Shown here: piece after piece, positions 39,817-49,882 of the stretch
Position numbering within the stretch: the stretch's first letter is position 1
Layout: each line of letters begins with the position of its first letter
Origin: Sedimentisphaerales bacterium
Lineage (GTDB): Bacteria; Planctomycetota; Phycisphaerae; Sedimentisphaerales; SM23-30
Reading direction: 5' to 3'
Length of the DNA stretch: 64,000 nucleotides
Assembly: GCA_963663805.2 (NCBI GenBank)
Contig: CAXXMR010000027.1
Span: forward strand, 79,095-143,094
Position numbers and translations under genes: made by a program
The notes under the pieces: generated by a model
Seen by the model: the letters and a program-made list of their open reading frames with translations, nothing else
What the model was told of the DNA's origin: nothing
Databases searched by the model: none

Positions 39817-41307
39817 TTGTCATTAACACGCGGTTTACTGTTGAGTTTGATAATCGCGAATCTGCTAGGCGGTTTCGCGGCTTATATGGCTACGGAGCTG
39901 TCGCTGATAAACACTCCCTACGGCGCCAGGATAGTAGCCTGGGGTGCCTTTGGTTTGATAACTCTGGTTAGTGCCTCGCTGATAGCTGGGTTGTGGTGGG
40001 TTCGTAAGCGTAGTTTGCGGAATGTCAAAGAACAGTTGGAGCAGCTCGATACGCGCAAGAAAATCGGTATGATAATGGTAGACAGCTCTGATGAATTGTC
40101 GGAGCTGGTATCGAGTTTGAATAATTATCTGACCGGCATCAATGCTGAGACCGTCCGGAAAAATCGTCGTTATAAAGAGCTGGAGCTTCAGGCGGATGTG
40201 GCGGAAACCGAACGTCGCCATGTCGAGGCGGTGATATTCAGTATAACCGAGGCGGTAATCGTAACTGACCGTTATGACGAGCTTTTGCTGGCCAACTGTG
40301 CGGCTGAGCGTTTGTTTGATTTTGCTCAGGAGCCCTGGTATCGCCGGCCGGTATCGGAGGTTATCAAAAACCGCGAGTTTCTGGAACTGTTGCGTGGCGC
40401 CTGTCGAGGTGATTCGCCGCGAGTTGAGCGTGAACTGGAATATGAAGACCGGGTAAGTGGCCGGATTCTGACGCTGCGGATAACCCTTTCGAGTGTATTG
40501 AGCAGTCACGGTGAGAATCTGGGCGTAGTGGCGGTCATTAACGATTATACGAACGAAAAAGAAATCAGCCGCATGAAAGATGAGTTTATCAGTCTGGTTT
40601 CGCATGAGTTCAAGACGCCGCTGGCGAGTATTCGTGCCTATGCGGAAATGATATCCGATGGCGAAGTGGAAAATGAAAAAGTTCGTTGTTCGTTTGGCGA
40701 GATAATTCAGAAGGAGTCGGTGCGTTTGAATCGTCTGATAGACAATATTCTGGACATTTCGCGGATTGAATCGGGCACTCAGGTTATCAGGCCGGACAAT
40801 GTGAATGTGTCGCATATAGGGCGTGAAGTGGTTCAGGCGATGAACTCTGTGGCATTGGATAAGCGTATTACTATCAGGGTTGATACTTCAGAAGAAGTTT
40901 GTGCTGAGGTTGACAGCGATATGATTCATCATGCCGTGACGAATCTGGTTGGTAACGCGGTGAAATATTCTCCGGCGGAATCCACGGTTACGCTGAATGT
41001 TTATGCCGGTTCTGCTGATACGGTGGTGATTGAAGTTGGCGACGAGGGGCCGGGTATTGCCGCGGATATGCAGAGTCGAATATTCGAGAAATTTTACCGG
41101 GCGGATGAACATCGTCAGTTGGCCCAGGGTTCGGGACTGGGGCTGCATCTGGTCAAGCAGATTGTCGAGAGTCTTCATCAGGGCGAGATACGTTTGAGTA
41201 GTTCACCGGGCCGGGGCAGTACGTTTACGATTATTTTGCCGGTTCACCAGAGTCGAGAGGTCGCCGAGGAAACAGAACCAGCGTTGGTCGTGGGTAATCA
41301 AATTTGA
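39817..41307 (+). CDS. Membrane PAS sensor histidine kinase
   Basis: Two TM segments, PAS domain, VSHEFKTPL, NAVKYS, DEGPGI, GSGLGL. Confidence 0.93.
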   Translation: MSLTRGLLLSLIIANLLGGFAAYMATELSLINTPYGARIVAWGAFGLITLVSASLIAGLWWVRKRSLRNVKEQLEQLDTRKKIGMIMVDSSDELSELVSSLNNYLTGINAETVRKNRRYKELELQADVAETERRHVEAVIFSITEAVIVTDRYDELLLANCAAERLFDFAQEPWYRRPVSEVIKNREFLELLRGACRGDSPRVERELEYEDRVSGRILTLRITLSSVLSSHGENLGVVAVINDYTNEKEISRMKDEFISLVSHEFKTPLASIRAYAEMISDGEVENEKVRCSFGEIIQKESVRLNRLIDNILDISRIESGTQVIRPDNVNVSHIGREVVQAMNSVALDKRITIRVDTSEEVCAEVDSDMIHHAVTNLVGNAVKYSPAESTVTLNVYAGSADTVVIEVGDEGPGIAADMQSRIFEKFYRADEHRQLAQGSGLGLHLVKQIVESLHQGEIRLSSSPGRGSTFTIILPVHQSREVAEETEPALVVGNQI

Positions 41308-41355
41308 AATTTGCCAGGCTACGCTCAAAAAAGAAAATAGTTGAGGATTACTAAA

Positions 41356-41742
41356 ATGATAGAGCGCAAACCAAAAGTTCTGGTAGCGGATGACGAAATT
41401 CACATTTTGCACGTTGTATCCCTGAAGCTGCGTAACGCGGGCTTTGAGGTCTTGACCGCACAGGACGGCAAAGAGGCGTTGGAGCTGGCCCAGGTGGAGC
41501 ATCCGGATTTAATTATAACGGATTTTCAGATGCCCTATCTTTCTGGTCTGGAGTTGTGTCAGCGTTTACGGCAGATGCCCAAGACTCGTGATATACCGGC
41601 AGTAATGCTCACGGCACGCGGTTATTCGCTTGACGAAGAAGCGATGAAATCAGCCGGGATAAGCACGTGTCTGCATAAACCTTTCAGCCCGCGTAGGGTG
41701 TTGGAACTGGTGAACTCAATGTTGGCGACGGCTTCGGTTTGA
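41356..41742 (+). CDS. Single-domain response regulator (receiver only)
   Basis: VADDE, ITDFQMP, LTA, KPFS. Confidence 0.92.
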   Translation: MIERKPKVLVADDEIHILHVVSLKLRNAGFEVLTAQDGKEALELAQVEHPDLIITDFQMPYLSGLELCQRLRQMPKTRDIPAVMLTARGYSLDEEAMKSAGISTCLHKPFSPRRVLELVNSMLATASV

Positions 41743-41805
41743 AATATGTATATCAAATTGTCATTTTGCAAAAGTTAAGTTAAGATGTAAAGGAAGGTCG
41801 GGGAC

Positions 41806-43470
41806 ATGCTCGAAAACATTGATTTGCATCATGCTTGCGAAATAGAAGTCGATGGTGGTTCAGCGCGTTTTCAGGCTTGCCGGAATATTCAGGATATGCT
41901 GGCGGGTCTGGGGATTCCCTCGGCATTGTATAGTCTGGATGGCAGATTTTTACGTGTTTCGCCTCATGTTTCTCTGGATGCGGCCTGTCAATCGTGCTTG
42001 ACTGAGCCATCGGGCCAGTGGCTTGATGCTTTGGCGGACCAGCGTTTTCATGCGATTAGCTGTCCGGTTCAAGGCTGTTCGGTCGTAGCGGTGCCTTTGT
42101 TTACTCGGAGCGAGGATGGCGTGTTTCTGGTTTGCTGTCTGCGTGAATTGAGCTGCCAGAAGACCGAAGAGTTGGAAAGGCTGTGTTCCCGGTTCAGTAT
42201 AGATTCAACATTGCTGCATAGTTTAGCCTTCAAGGGTGTGCTTTCGGCATCTCCCACGCAATTGGTGATGTCGGGTCTTATCGAGACTCTGGCGGAAAAA
42301 ACTCATCGTCAGATTTCCGGTCAGCACGATCTGGAGGCAATCACGCAATCTCTTAGCCAGAGCTATGAAGAACTAACTCTGCTGCATCGCGTCAGTGACG
42401 GTATGCGGGTGACGCAGCAGCCGGAAGATTTCTTTCGGACATTATGTAACGATTTGCAGGCGGTGATGGGGACTGAGCAGACCCTGGTACTTTGGACCAA
42501 CAAAGAAAAGCCTGATTTGGAATATCAGATGGTGGCTGCTCAGGGTAAATATGAACTGTCCAAAAGTGATTTGGATTTGCTCTGGGCGCGGTCTTTGGGC
42601 AATCGCATCAATAAAAAACAGACGGTTGTTGAGAATAATCCCGATGACCCCGGTTGGCCGATGCAGGTGTGTTCGGTATTGGCGGCGCCTCTGCGGCACG
42701 GTGATAAATATATGGGGGAATTGATAACCTTCAATCGTCATGACAAAGAAGATTTTTGTTCGGCGGATATGAAGATGGTTGTTTCGATGGCCGCGGAGAT
42801 GGCGGTTTACCTGGAGAATTACCGCCTGTATCAGGATATGGAAGATTTGCTCATCGGTTCGCTGCGGGCCCTGACCAGCAGTATCGACGCCAAAGATCCT
42901 TATACCTGTGGTCATTCCGAGCGAGTCGCTTATGTGGGCAGATGGCTGGGCGGAAAACTTGGACGGGATGAAAATCAGCTTCACGACCTCTATCTGACCG
43001 GCCTGCTCCACGATGTGGGCAAAATAGGTGTCAGCGAGAATATCCTGTGTAAACCCGGCAGATTGACCACAGAAGAATTTGAGCATGTCAAACGTCACCC
43101 CGGCGTGGGCGCCAATATTCTGGGTGGTATCAAGCAGATGGCTCATGTTATAGAAGGGGTGGTAAGTCACCATGAGCGGTTCGACGGTAACGGCTATCCG
43201 CGCGGCTTGCAGGGCCGAAACATCCCCCATTCGGGGCTGATTGTCATGCTGGCCGACTCTTTTGATGCCATGACCAGCCATCGTACTTATCGCAAAGCAC
43301 TGCCTTTGACCTCGGTTATCTCTGAAATCAGGCGGGCATCTGGTACTCAATTCGCGCCGGATGTGGCTGAGGCGTTTCTCGATAACGATATTCGGGAACT
43401 CGCGGAGCAGTTAGCCCAGATAGGCCACGACAAGCAAATCGCCGACGTTTACGAACGCGATGAACCTTAA
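41806..43470 (+). CDS. GAF/HD-GYP cyclic-dinucleotide phosphodiesterase
   Basis: YTCGHSERV, LHDVGK, HHERFDGNGYP, ADSFDAM; GAF domain; Cys-rich N-terminus. Confidence 0.9.
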   Translation: MLENIDLHHACEIEVDGGSARFQACRNIQDMLAGLGIPSALYSLDGRFLRVSPHVSLDAACQSCLTEPSGQWLDALADQRFHAISCPVQGCSVVAVPLFTRSEDGVFLVCCLRELSCQKTEELERLCSRFSIDSTLLHSLAFKGVLSASPTQLVMSGLIETLAEKTHRQISGQHDLEAITQSLSQSYEELTLLHRVSDGMRVTQQPEDFFRTLCNDLQAVMGTEQTLVLWTNKEKPDLEYQMVAAQGKYELSKSDLDLLWARSLGNRINKKQTVVENNPDDPGWPMQVCSVLAAPLRHGDKYMGELITFNRHDKEDFCSADMKMVVSMAAEMAVYLENYRLYQDMEDLLIGSLRALTSSIDAKDPYTCGHSERVAYVGRWLGGKLGRDENQLHDLYLTGLLHDVGKIGVSENILCKPGRLTTEEFEHVKRHPGVGANILGGIKQMAHVIEGVVSHHERFDGNGYPRGLQGRNIPHSGLIVMLADSFDAMTSHRTYRKALPLTSVISEIRRASGTQFAPDVAEAFLDNDIRELAEQLAQIGHDKQIADVYERDEP

Positions 43471-43532
43471 AAATTACTTACGCGATATACAAATCCTTTC
43501 TTGACAGCACTTTATCAATAATAAAAAAAGTG

Positions 43533-43560
43533 TTGCAAATTCAATTTGCGCCTATATAAT
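43533..43560 (+). promoter_or_regulatory. sigma70-type promoter
   Basis: TTGCAA-16-TATAAT. Confidence 0.6.
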
Positions 43561-43571
43561 GTTTGTTTGCC

Positions 43572-43713
43572 TTGTCGCACGGGGTTGCACTTAGTGCGTG
43601 GGGCTGGAAGCACGCGGCATGTCCAGCTCAGGCCTCCGGCAGGGTCCACCGAGTTACCAGCTCGACCGCGTCAGTTCAGAAATGACCAGACGTTACACAA
43701 GTGCTTGCGGCAA
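43572..43713 (+). ncRNA. Candidate structured RNA directly 5' of tRNA-Gln
   Basis: Closing stems ttgtcgca/tgcggcaa and gcactt/aagtgc; internal gggctgga/tccagctc and cgagtt/agctcg. Confidence 0.45.
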
Positions 43714-43720
43714 CGTATAT

Positions 43721-43792
43721 TACCCGATGGTGTAATTGGCAACACACAAGTTTTTGGTACTTGCGTTCCAGGTTCGAGTCCTGGTCGGGTAG
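43721..43792 (+). tRNA. tRNA-Gln(UUG)
   Basis: Acceptor tacccga/tcgggta; anticodon arm caagt-ttTTGgt-acttg; T arm ccagg-ttcgagt-cctgg; CCA not encoded. Confidence 0.95.
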
Positions 43793-43954
43793 TTTGCCTG
43801 TTTCTCGGATTTTGCCCCCCCAAAGGGGTTATGATGCCTGTCCCGATGGGATACGGGTAGAATTTTGTTAGTGGTGTTATGCGGCAGTCATATTGGTTGC
43901 TGCGGAAACGGCTCTGGCCGGAAAGTTTTATAAGTGTTTGCTAATAAGACAGTA

Positions 43955-44917
43955 ATGAGTGCGGCGAGCATGGACAACCTGCGGGTTTTTGGCGGGACAG
44001 CCAACCCGAAGCTCACGGAAAGCATCTGTGACTATCTCAATGTCCCTGTTGGTCGTGCCAAGGTCGAGGATTTTCCGGACGGCGAAATTCTGGTACGCGT
44101 GGAAGACGATGTTCGCGGTAAGGATTGTTTTGTGGTATTGCCGACCAGTCCTCCGGTGAACGACCATGTAATGGAATTGTTGATTTTTATCGACTGTCTG
44201 CGTCGGGCGTCTGCTAATCGGATAACAGCTGTTATTCCGTATTTTGGGTATGCCCGTCAGGACCGCAAGAGCGAAGGTCGGACGCCTATCAGTGCCAAGC
44301 TTATCGCCAACCTTTTGACGACGGCGAAGCTGGACCGGGTGTTGGCTCTGGATTTACATGCTCAGCAGGTTCAGGGTTTTTTTGATATTCCGGTAGACCA
44401 TTTGACGGCCGAGCCGGTTTTAGCGAGATATTTTCGCGGCTTGGATTTGCCGAACAAGGTTTTGATTTCCCCTGATGTGGGCAATGTCAAAACCGCCACC
44501 ATTTACGCCGAGGATTTGGGCGGCGAGCTGGCGGTTATAGATAAAAGGCGTGTCAGTGGTTGCGAAGCTATCGCGACCCGGATAATTGGTGATGTCAAAG
44601 GTCGTGATGTATTGATGTTTGACGATATGATAACCACGGCTGGTACGATTTCTTCGGCGGCTCAGCTGGCGATGGAAAATGGAGCCCGCAGTGTTCGGGT
44701 TGGTGCTACGCATGGCATTTTTGCCGGTCCGGCGGTTGAGCGGCTGAGCAAAGCTCCCATTATTGAAGTGGTGGTTACCGACACGGTTACGTTGCATGAT
44801 GAAGTTAAGGCCATGGGCAAAGTTAAAGTAGTTTCGGTTGCATCGTTGCTCGGCGAAGCGATTATTCGCATTCACGAAGACCGCTCGGTAAGCGCGATGT
44901 TTATACATAAGAAGTGA
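43955..44917 (+). CDS. prs: Ribose-phosphate pyrophosphokinase (start uncertain: 43934, 43955 or 43970)
   Basis: FPDGE, PYFGYARQDRK, DLHAQQ, DDMITTAGT. Confidence 0.95.
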   Translation: MSAASMDNLRVFGGTANPKLTESICDYLNVPVGRAKVEDFPDGEILVRVEDDVRGKDCFVVLPTSPPVNDHVMELLIFIDCLRRASANRITAVIPYFGYARQDRKSEGRTPISAKLIANLLTTAKLDRVLALDLHAQQVQGFFDIPVDHLTAEPVLARYFRGLDLPNKVLISPDVGNVKTATIYAEDLGGELAVIDKRRVSGCEAIATRIIGDVKGRDVLMFDDMITTAGTISSAAQLAMENGARSVRVGATHGIFAGPAVERLSKAPIIEVVVTDTVTLHDEVKAMGKVKVVSVASLLGEAIIRIHEDRSVSAMFIHKK

Positions 44918-44972
44918 TGAGTGTTACCCGGACGTCAAATAAACGTCTTGACAATTAGTCAGTGAGGATAAT

Positions 44973-45617
44973 ATGGCAGAAGTATTAGTATTGAAAGCGG
45001 AAAAGCGTGAGAAGGCCGGCACTGGTGCGGCTCGTCATTTACGCAAGGCCGGTCGTATCCCGGCGATCGTTTACGGCCACAAGCAGGAGCCGGTGGCTAT
45101 TCACCTCGATGAACACGACCTGGAGATGGAGCTTTTGCACCGTCATCATCTGTTGAGTGTGGAGCTTGAGGGAAAAAAAGACCAGTTTTTAATCAAAGAC
45201 GTTCAGCATGATTATCTGGGCCGGAAGCTGGTGCATATCGACCTGGTTCGGGTTGATTTGAATGAGCGAGTAACTGTTACGGTTGCTCTGGAACTGAAGG
45301 GCGACCCTAAAGGTTTGGCCGAGGGCGGTATTCTGGACCAGCAGTTGGTCGATATCGAGATAGAATGTCTGGCTACTCAGATACCGGAGGTTGTTCGGGT
45401 GAATATCGCGAATCTGGGCTTGGGCGAGACTTTCACCGCTGGCGAAGTTCAGCTGCCTTCAGGGGCGGAGCTGGTGACGGATGCCGACGGCGTAATTTGC
45501 GTGATTCATGCCAAGTCGGAGGCTGAAGAGGTTGAGGGCGTTGAAGGTGCCGAAGGTGCTGAAAGTGCCGAGCCTGAAGTTATTGTTCGTGAGAAGGGCG
45601 AAGATTCCGAAGAATAA
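44973..45617 (+). CDS. rplY: 50S ribosomal protein L25/Ctc
   Basis: RKAGRIPAIVYG, HIDL; located between prs and pth. Confidence 0.95.
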   Translation: MAEVLVLKAEKREKAGTGAARHLRKAGRIPAIVYGHKQEPVAIHLDEHDLEMELLHRHHLLSVELEGKKDQFLIKDVQHDYLGRKLVHIDLVRVDLNERVTVTVALELKGDPKGLAEGGILDQQLVDIEIECLATQIPEVVRVNIANLGLGETFTAGEVQLPSGAELVTDADGVICVIHAKSEAEEVEGVEGAEGAESAEPEVIVREKGEDSEE

Positions 45618-45650
45618 TTTTGGAATCTAACTTCTGCGGTGTAACTTATA

Positions 45651-46217
45651 ATGAAGTTGATAGTAGGTTTAGGCAATCCCGGCTCGGAATACAAAGCCAG
45701 TCGTCATAACGTTGGTTTTGAAGTTGTCGAGCTATTGGCTGAGCGTTGGCGTTTGGAATTCAAGCGTCGCAAGTTTGATGCCCGATTCGCCGCTGGCATG
45801 ATAGGCCTGGAACAGGTTGTGCTTTTGAAGCCTCAAACCTACATGAACCTGAGCGGCCAGAGCGTAGAGCAGGCTTTGGCGTTTTATAAAGTTAATATTG
45901 GTGATGTTCTGGTGGTTAGCGATGAGATGGCTTTGTCGCTGGGTCAGATACGTCTGAGGCAGGGCGGTTCAGCCGGCGGTCATAATGGCCTGAAGGATAT
46001 TATCAGCCGCTGCGGCAGCGACTTTGTCCGATTGCGGATAGGCATCGGCCAATCCGGGTTTGGCGATTCGGTGAATCATGTTTTGGGCCGATTTGACGCT
46101 GAGGAATTGCCGGTGATAGCTGCCTCGGTCCAGAGAGCGGCCCAAGCGATAGAGATGTGGCTGGAAAGCAACCTCCGGGACACCATGAACAAGTATAACG
46201 CCGCTGACTCGGAATAG
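45651..46217 (+). CDS. pth: Peptidyl-tRNA hydrolase
   Basis: GLGNPG, RHNVGF, KPQTYMN, GGHNG. Confidence 0.96.
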   Translation: MKLIVGLGNPGSEYKASRHNVGFEVVELLAERWRLEFKRRKFDARFAAGMIGLEQVVLLKPQTYMNLSGQSVEQALAFYKVNIGDVLVVSDEMALSLGQIRLRQGGSAGGHNGLKDIISRCGSDFVRLRIGIGQSGFGDSVNHVLGRFDAEELPVIAASVQRAAQAIEMWLESNLRDTMNKYNAADSE

Positions 46218-46329
46218 ATTCCGATTAGCGGCAGGAGTATAAATTGTAAGCTCCGGGAAGTCCGGACTTTGATAAAAGAAACCCTTATACGGTATCGCGA
46301 AGAATCGAAGCGATCCAGGAGGTGTTACG

Positions 46330-46797
46330 TTGGGCAAGACTGTCAAGCGTGTTTACGAAGGAATGTTTCTGGTTGATTCAGCCGACGCATCCAGTAACTG
46401 GGATGGTGTTTTGGCTGAGATTAACACAGTTATGGAACGTGCCGGCGCGGAAGTGCTGAGCATGAAAAAATGGGATGATCGTCGCCTCTGCTTCGAGATG
46501 CAGGGTCACAAACGCGGTACATATATCCTGACGTACTTCAAAGTTGACGGTTCAGCCATATCGGGCATGGAACGTGATGTTCAGTTGAGTGAGCAGCTGG
46601 TTCGGGTGCTGATTCTCAAGGCGGAACACATGACCAAGGAAGATATGGAAGCGGCAACCCCGCTGGAGCGTGCCGAGACGGAAGATTCCTCTGGGCCGGG
46701 CGTTGAAGAAGAAGTTGTCAGCCGGAAAACCGCGGTCGCGGTCGCGGACGACGAAGACGATGATGTCGATGACGACGAAGACGATGATGCGGAATAA
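46330..46797 (+). CDS. rpsF: 30S ribosomal protein S6 with acidic tail
   Basis: YEGMFLVD, WDDRRL; rpsF-ssb-rpsR-rplI synteny. Confidence 0.9.
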   Translation: MGKTVKRVYEGMFLVDSADASSNWDGVLAEINTVMERAGAEVLSMKKWDDRRLCFEMQGHKRGTYILTYFKVDGSAISGMERDVQLSEQLVRVLILKAEHMTKEDMEAATPLERAETEDSSGPGVEEEVVSRKTAVAVADDEDDDVDDDEDDDAE

Positions 46798-46857
46798 GTT
46801 TCGCGGAAGTTTTTACGTTTCGGCAACTGAATTATAGCGACGGAAGGATAACAACTG

Positions 46858-47360
46858 ATGGCCAGTTACAATAAAATCATTATGTTGGGCAACCTCACAC
46901 GTGACCCCCAGCTGACTTATCTGCCCAGCCAGACTCCGGTGGTGGAATTTGGTCTGGCGACTAATCGTCAATGGCGCGACCGCGAAGGTCAGCAGCGTGA
47001 GGGACACGTGTTTTATTGACTGTCGTGCTTATGGCAAGATGGCTGAGAATATCAGCAAATACTGTTCCAAAGGACGTCCTCTGATGGTAGAGGGCAGACT
47101 GGCTTTGGACCAGTGGGAGTCTCAGGACGGTGCTAAGCGTTCCAAACACCGGATAATGGTCGAGAGTTTTACTTTTGTCGATTCTAAAGGCAGTGGGGGC
47201 GGACAGAGTTTCCGGCGGCGGTTATGGCGGCGGTGGTCGTGGTCAACAGGGTGGTGGTTCGCAGGGCCAGGACGGTGGCAGTTACGGCGGCTATGACAAC
47301 GGCGGCGGGGGCAGTGGTGATTTTGGTGGGGGCGGTGGCGACGACGATATTCCGTTCTAA
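46858..47360 (+). CDS. ssb: Single-stranded DNA-binding protein; two apparent frameshifts
   Basis: MASYNKIIMLGNLTRDP...; Gly-rich tail ending DDDIPF; extra bases near 47002 and 47210. Confidence 0.9.
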
Positions 47361-47470
47361 GGACTGATAGAACCGCGAATAATTTGTGCTGAAAAATTTC
47401 CGGATTTGCACCCGGGACATAACAAATATAGAAAAGAATTAAATTTAGATAGAACTTATGGAGGTTCTAA

Positions 47471-47729
47471 GTGGCAAAGAAAGTTAAGATTAAAAGACCC
47501 GCACGGCGTAAGCCCCGTGCCACCCGTGAAAATACTGAATGCCGGTTCTGCCGCGACAAAGTGAAGTATATCGACTACAAAGATATTGACACTTTGTCGA
47601 AACTGCTGACGCAGCGGGGCAAGATTTTCTCGCGGAAACGCAAGCGGCAACTGTGCCAAGTGCCAGAGAAGAGCTCAGGTTGCGATCAAACGTGCTCGTT
47701 ATATGGGCTTGCTTCCTTATAGTGTTTAA
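47471..47729 (+). CDS. rpsR: 30S ribosomal protein S18; one apparent frameshift
   Basis: CRFC, IDYKD; after an extra A near 47642 reads SGNCAKCQR...[13 protein letters not shown]. Confidence 0.9.
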
Positions 47730-47806
47730 GCGGCGGAAATTGGTCGCTCGAACGGTGTTTATAGAAAAACAGGAATAATTACCCTCTGGAAAGATGGAGG
47801 TATGAT

Positions 47807-48346
47807 ATGAAAGTGCTTTTGCACGTGGATGTCCCTAAGCTGGGCTATCTTGGTGATGTAGTTACGGTAAAGGATGGTTTTGCCCGCAATTACCTGCTGC
47901 CGCAGGGTCTGGCGGTCGAGCCGAACGAAGGTAATATCAAGGCAATTGCCGACGAGCGTGCCCGTCAGGCTGAGGTACGTCGTTTGGCCCGTGAGGAAAT
48001 GGTCAAGGCCTGTGCCAAGGTTGATGGTGCTTCGGTTCGCATTGAAGCGCTCATTAACGAACGCGGTCATCTCTTTGGCTCGGTGAGCGAAGAAGGTGTT
48101 GCTGCCGCTCTGCGTGAGGCCGGCTATGAAGTTGCGACCAGGCAGATAGTTATGCCCGAACATTTTCGCATGGTGGGCAGTTACGAAGTCGAAGTGCGTT
48201 ACGCCGATGATATTCGTGCCCAGGTTACCGTAAAGGTTGCCGCTGAAGGTTCCGTCGAAGAGTCAGAAGAAACTGCCGAACAAACCGAAACTTCAGAGCA
48301 GGCGGAAATGACCGATGACACCGGAGCAGAATCAGAGCAGGAATAA
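47807..48346 (+). CDS. rplI: 50S ribosomal protein L9
   Basis: LGYLGDVVTVKDGFARNYLLPQG, LFGSV. Confidence 0.96.
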   Translation: MKVLLHVDVPKLGYLGDVVTVKDGFARNYLLPQGLAVEPNEGNIKAIADERARQAEVRRLAREEMVKACAKVDGASVRIEALINERGHLFGSVSEEGVAAALREAGYEVATRQIVMPEHFRMVGSYEVEVRYADDIRAQVTVKVAAEGSVEESEETAEQTETSEQAEMTDDTGAESEQE

Positions 48347-49698
48347 TCCCAGCGAGGCTGCGGCTCCTCTGGGTGAACGACTTCCCCCTCAGTCTCTCGA
48401 AGCGGAGATGAGTGTGCTCGGCGCTATGATACTTAATGCCGAGTGCATGGGCGAAATCGTAGAGACGCTCAGTCCTGAACATTTTTTATCGTCAGGACCA
48501 TCGTTTGCTCTATGAGATTCTCGTAAGTTTGTTTGAGTCTCATAAGCCGGTTGACCTTGTGGTTATCCGTGATGAACTTAGTCAGCGCGGTATTCTCAAG
48601 CAGGTTGGCGATGTGGAATATCTGGTGCGGCTGGTGGACAGTGTTTCCTCAGCGGCCAACGCGGTCTACCATGCCGAAAATTGTGCGTGATAAGGCCCTG
48701 TTGCGGGAGTTGATTCGCACCACCGACAAAATTTGCAAAAGTGCTTACGATGCCCGCGGCGAAGTGGCTGAGATACTCGAAGATGCCGAACGTCATGTAT
48801 TTGAGGTGACTCAACAGAAAATTTCGGGACAGGCTGTTCCGATGCACGATGTGGTTATGAAGGCTTTCGAGCTGCTTCAGACCCGCGATGGGGGCTTGAC
48901 CGGGTTGCCCAGCGGCTACCTGGAGATGGATGAACTTACCAACGGCCTGCAACGCGGCGAGATGATTATTGTCGCGGCCCGTCCCAGTATGGGCAAAAAC
49001 CGCGTTGGGGCTGAATATTGCTGAAAATGTCGGGGCTAATAACCGTATACCGGTTGCTATTTTCTCCCTGGAAAGGGAGCTCAGCAGTTGGCTGAGCGTG
49101 TGCTTTGTGGAAGAGCACGGGTTGATTCCAGCTTTTGCGGAAAGGTAAACTTTCCGAGCACCAGTATATGGACCTCCACGCCGCCGCAAACGACCTTACC
49201 CAGGCACCGATTTTTATTGATGATTCGCCAGGACTACCCCACTGGAACTGCGGCTAAGTGCCGCCGGCTAAAATCTCAACATGATATACAGCTGATTGTG
49301 ATTGACTATTTGCAGCTTATGCACAGCCCCGTTCTGAGTCGCGGCAGCAGGAAGTTGGTGTGATTTCGCGTCATCTCAAGGCCGTTGCCCGCGAGCTGGA
49401 AGTACCGGTTATTGTTATGAGCCAGTTGAATCGCGGGCCCGAAGGTCGCGAAGGGCACAGGCCTCGGATGAGCGACCTGCGTGAAAGTGGTAACATCGAG
49501 CAGGACGCCGACGTGGTTATGCTCCTCCATCGTGAGGACTATTACCACACCGAGCAGGATTACGAACGAACAAATACCGCTGAGGTTATTTTGACCAAGC
49601 AGAGAAACGGCCCGACCGGTACGATAGAGCTGAGTTGGATGCCCCAATACACTAGATTTGAGAGTCTATCGCACGCTCCGGAGCCTCCGGGCTTCTGA
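48315..49698 (+). CDS. dnaB: Replicative DNA helicase; multiple apparent frameshifts
   Basis: [49 protein letters not shown] in several frames. Confidence 0.9.
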
Positions 49699-49707
49699 GC
49701 CGATAAC

Positions 49708-49755
49708 GCCTGGGACGAAACGTCGGTCGGGACCCTCGTCCCGGGCATTATTTTT
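49708..49755 (+). terminator. Terminator-like hairpin after dnaB
   Basis: gcctgggacga...tcgtcccgggc plus attatttt. Confidence 0.6.
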
Positions 49756-49882
49756 GAGCGACGAGAGGGGATTTACGGACCGAACTTCTTACTTGAGGGC
49801 CGGTTAGCTTTCGGTTATCATGGCCGGTGCGAAAGATTTCAGATATTTTTGAAAAATACTATGTAGCGAGACAGGTACTGGC

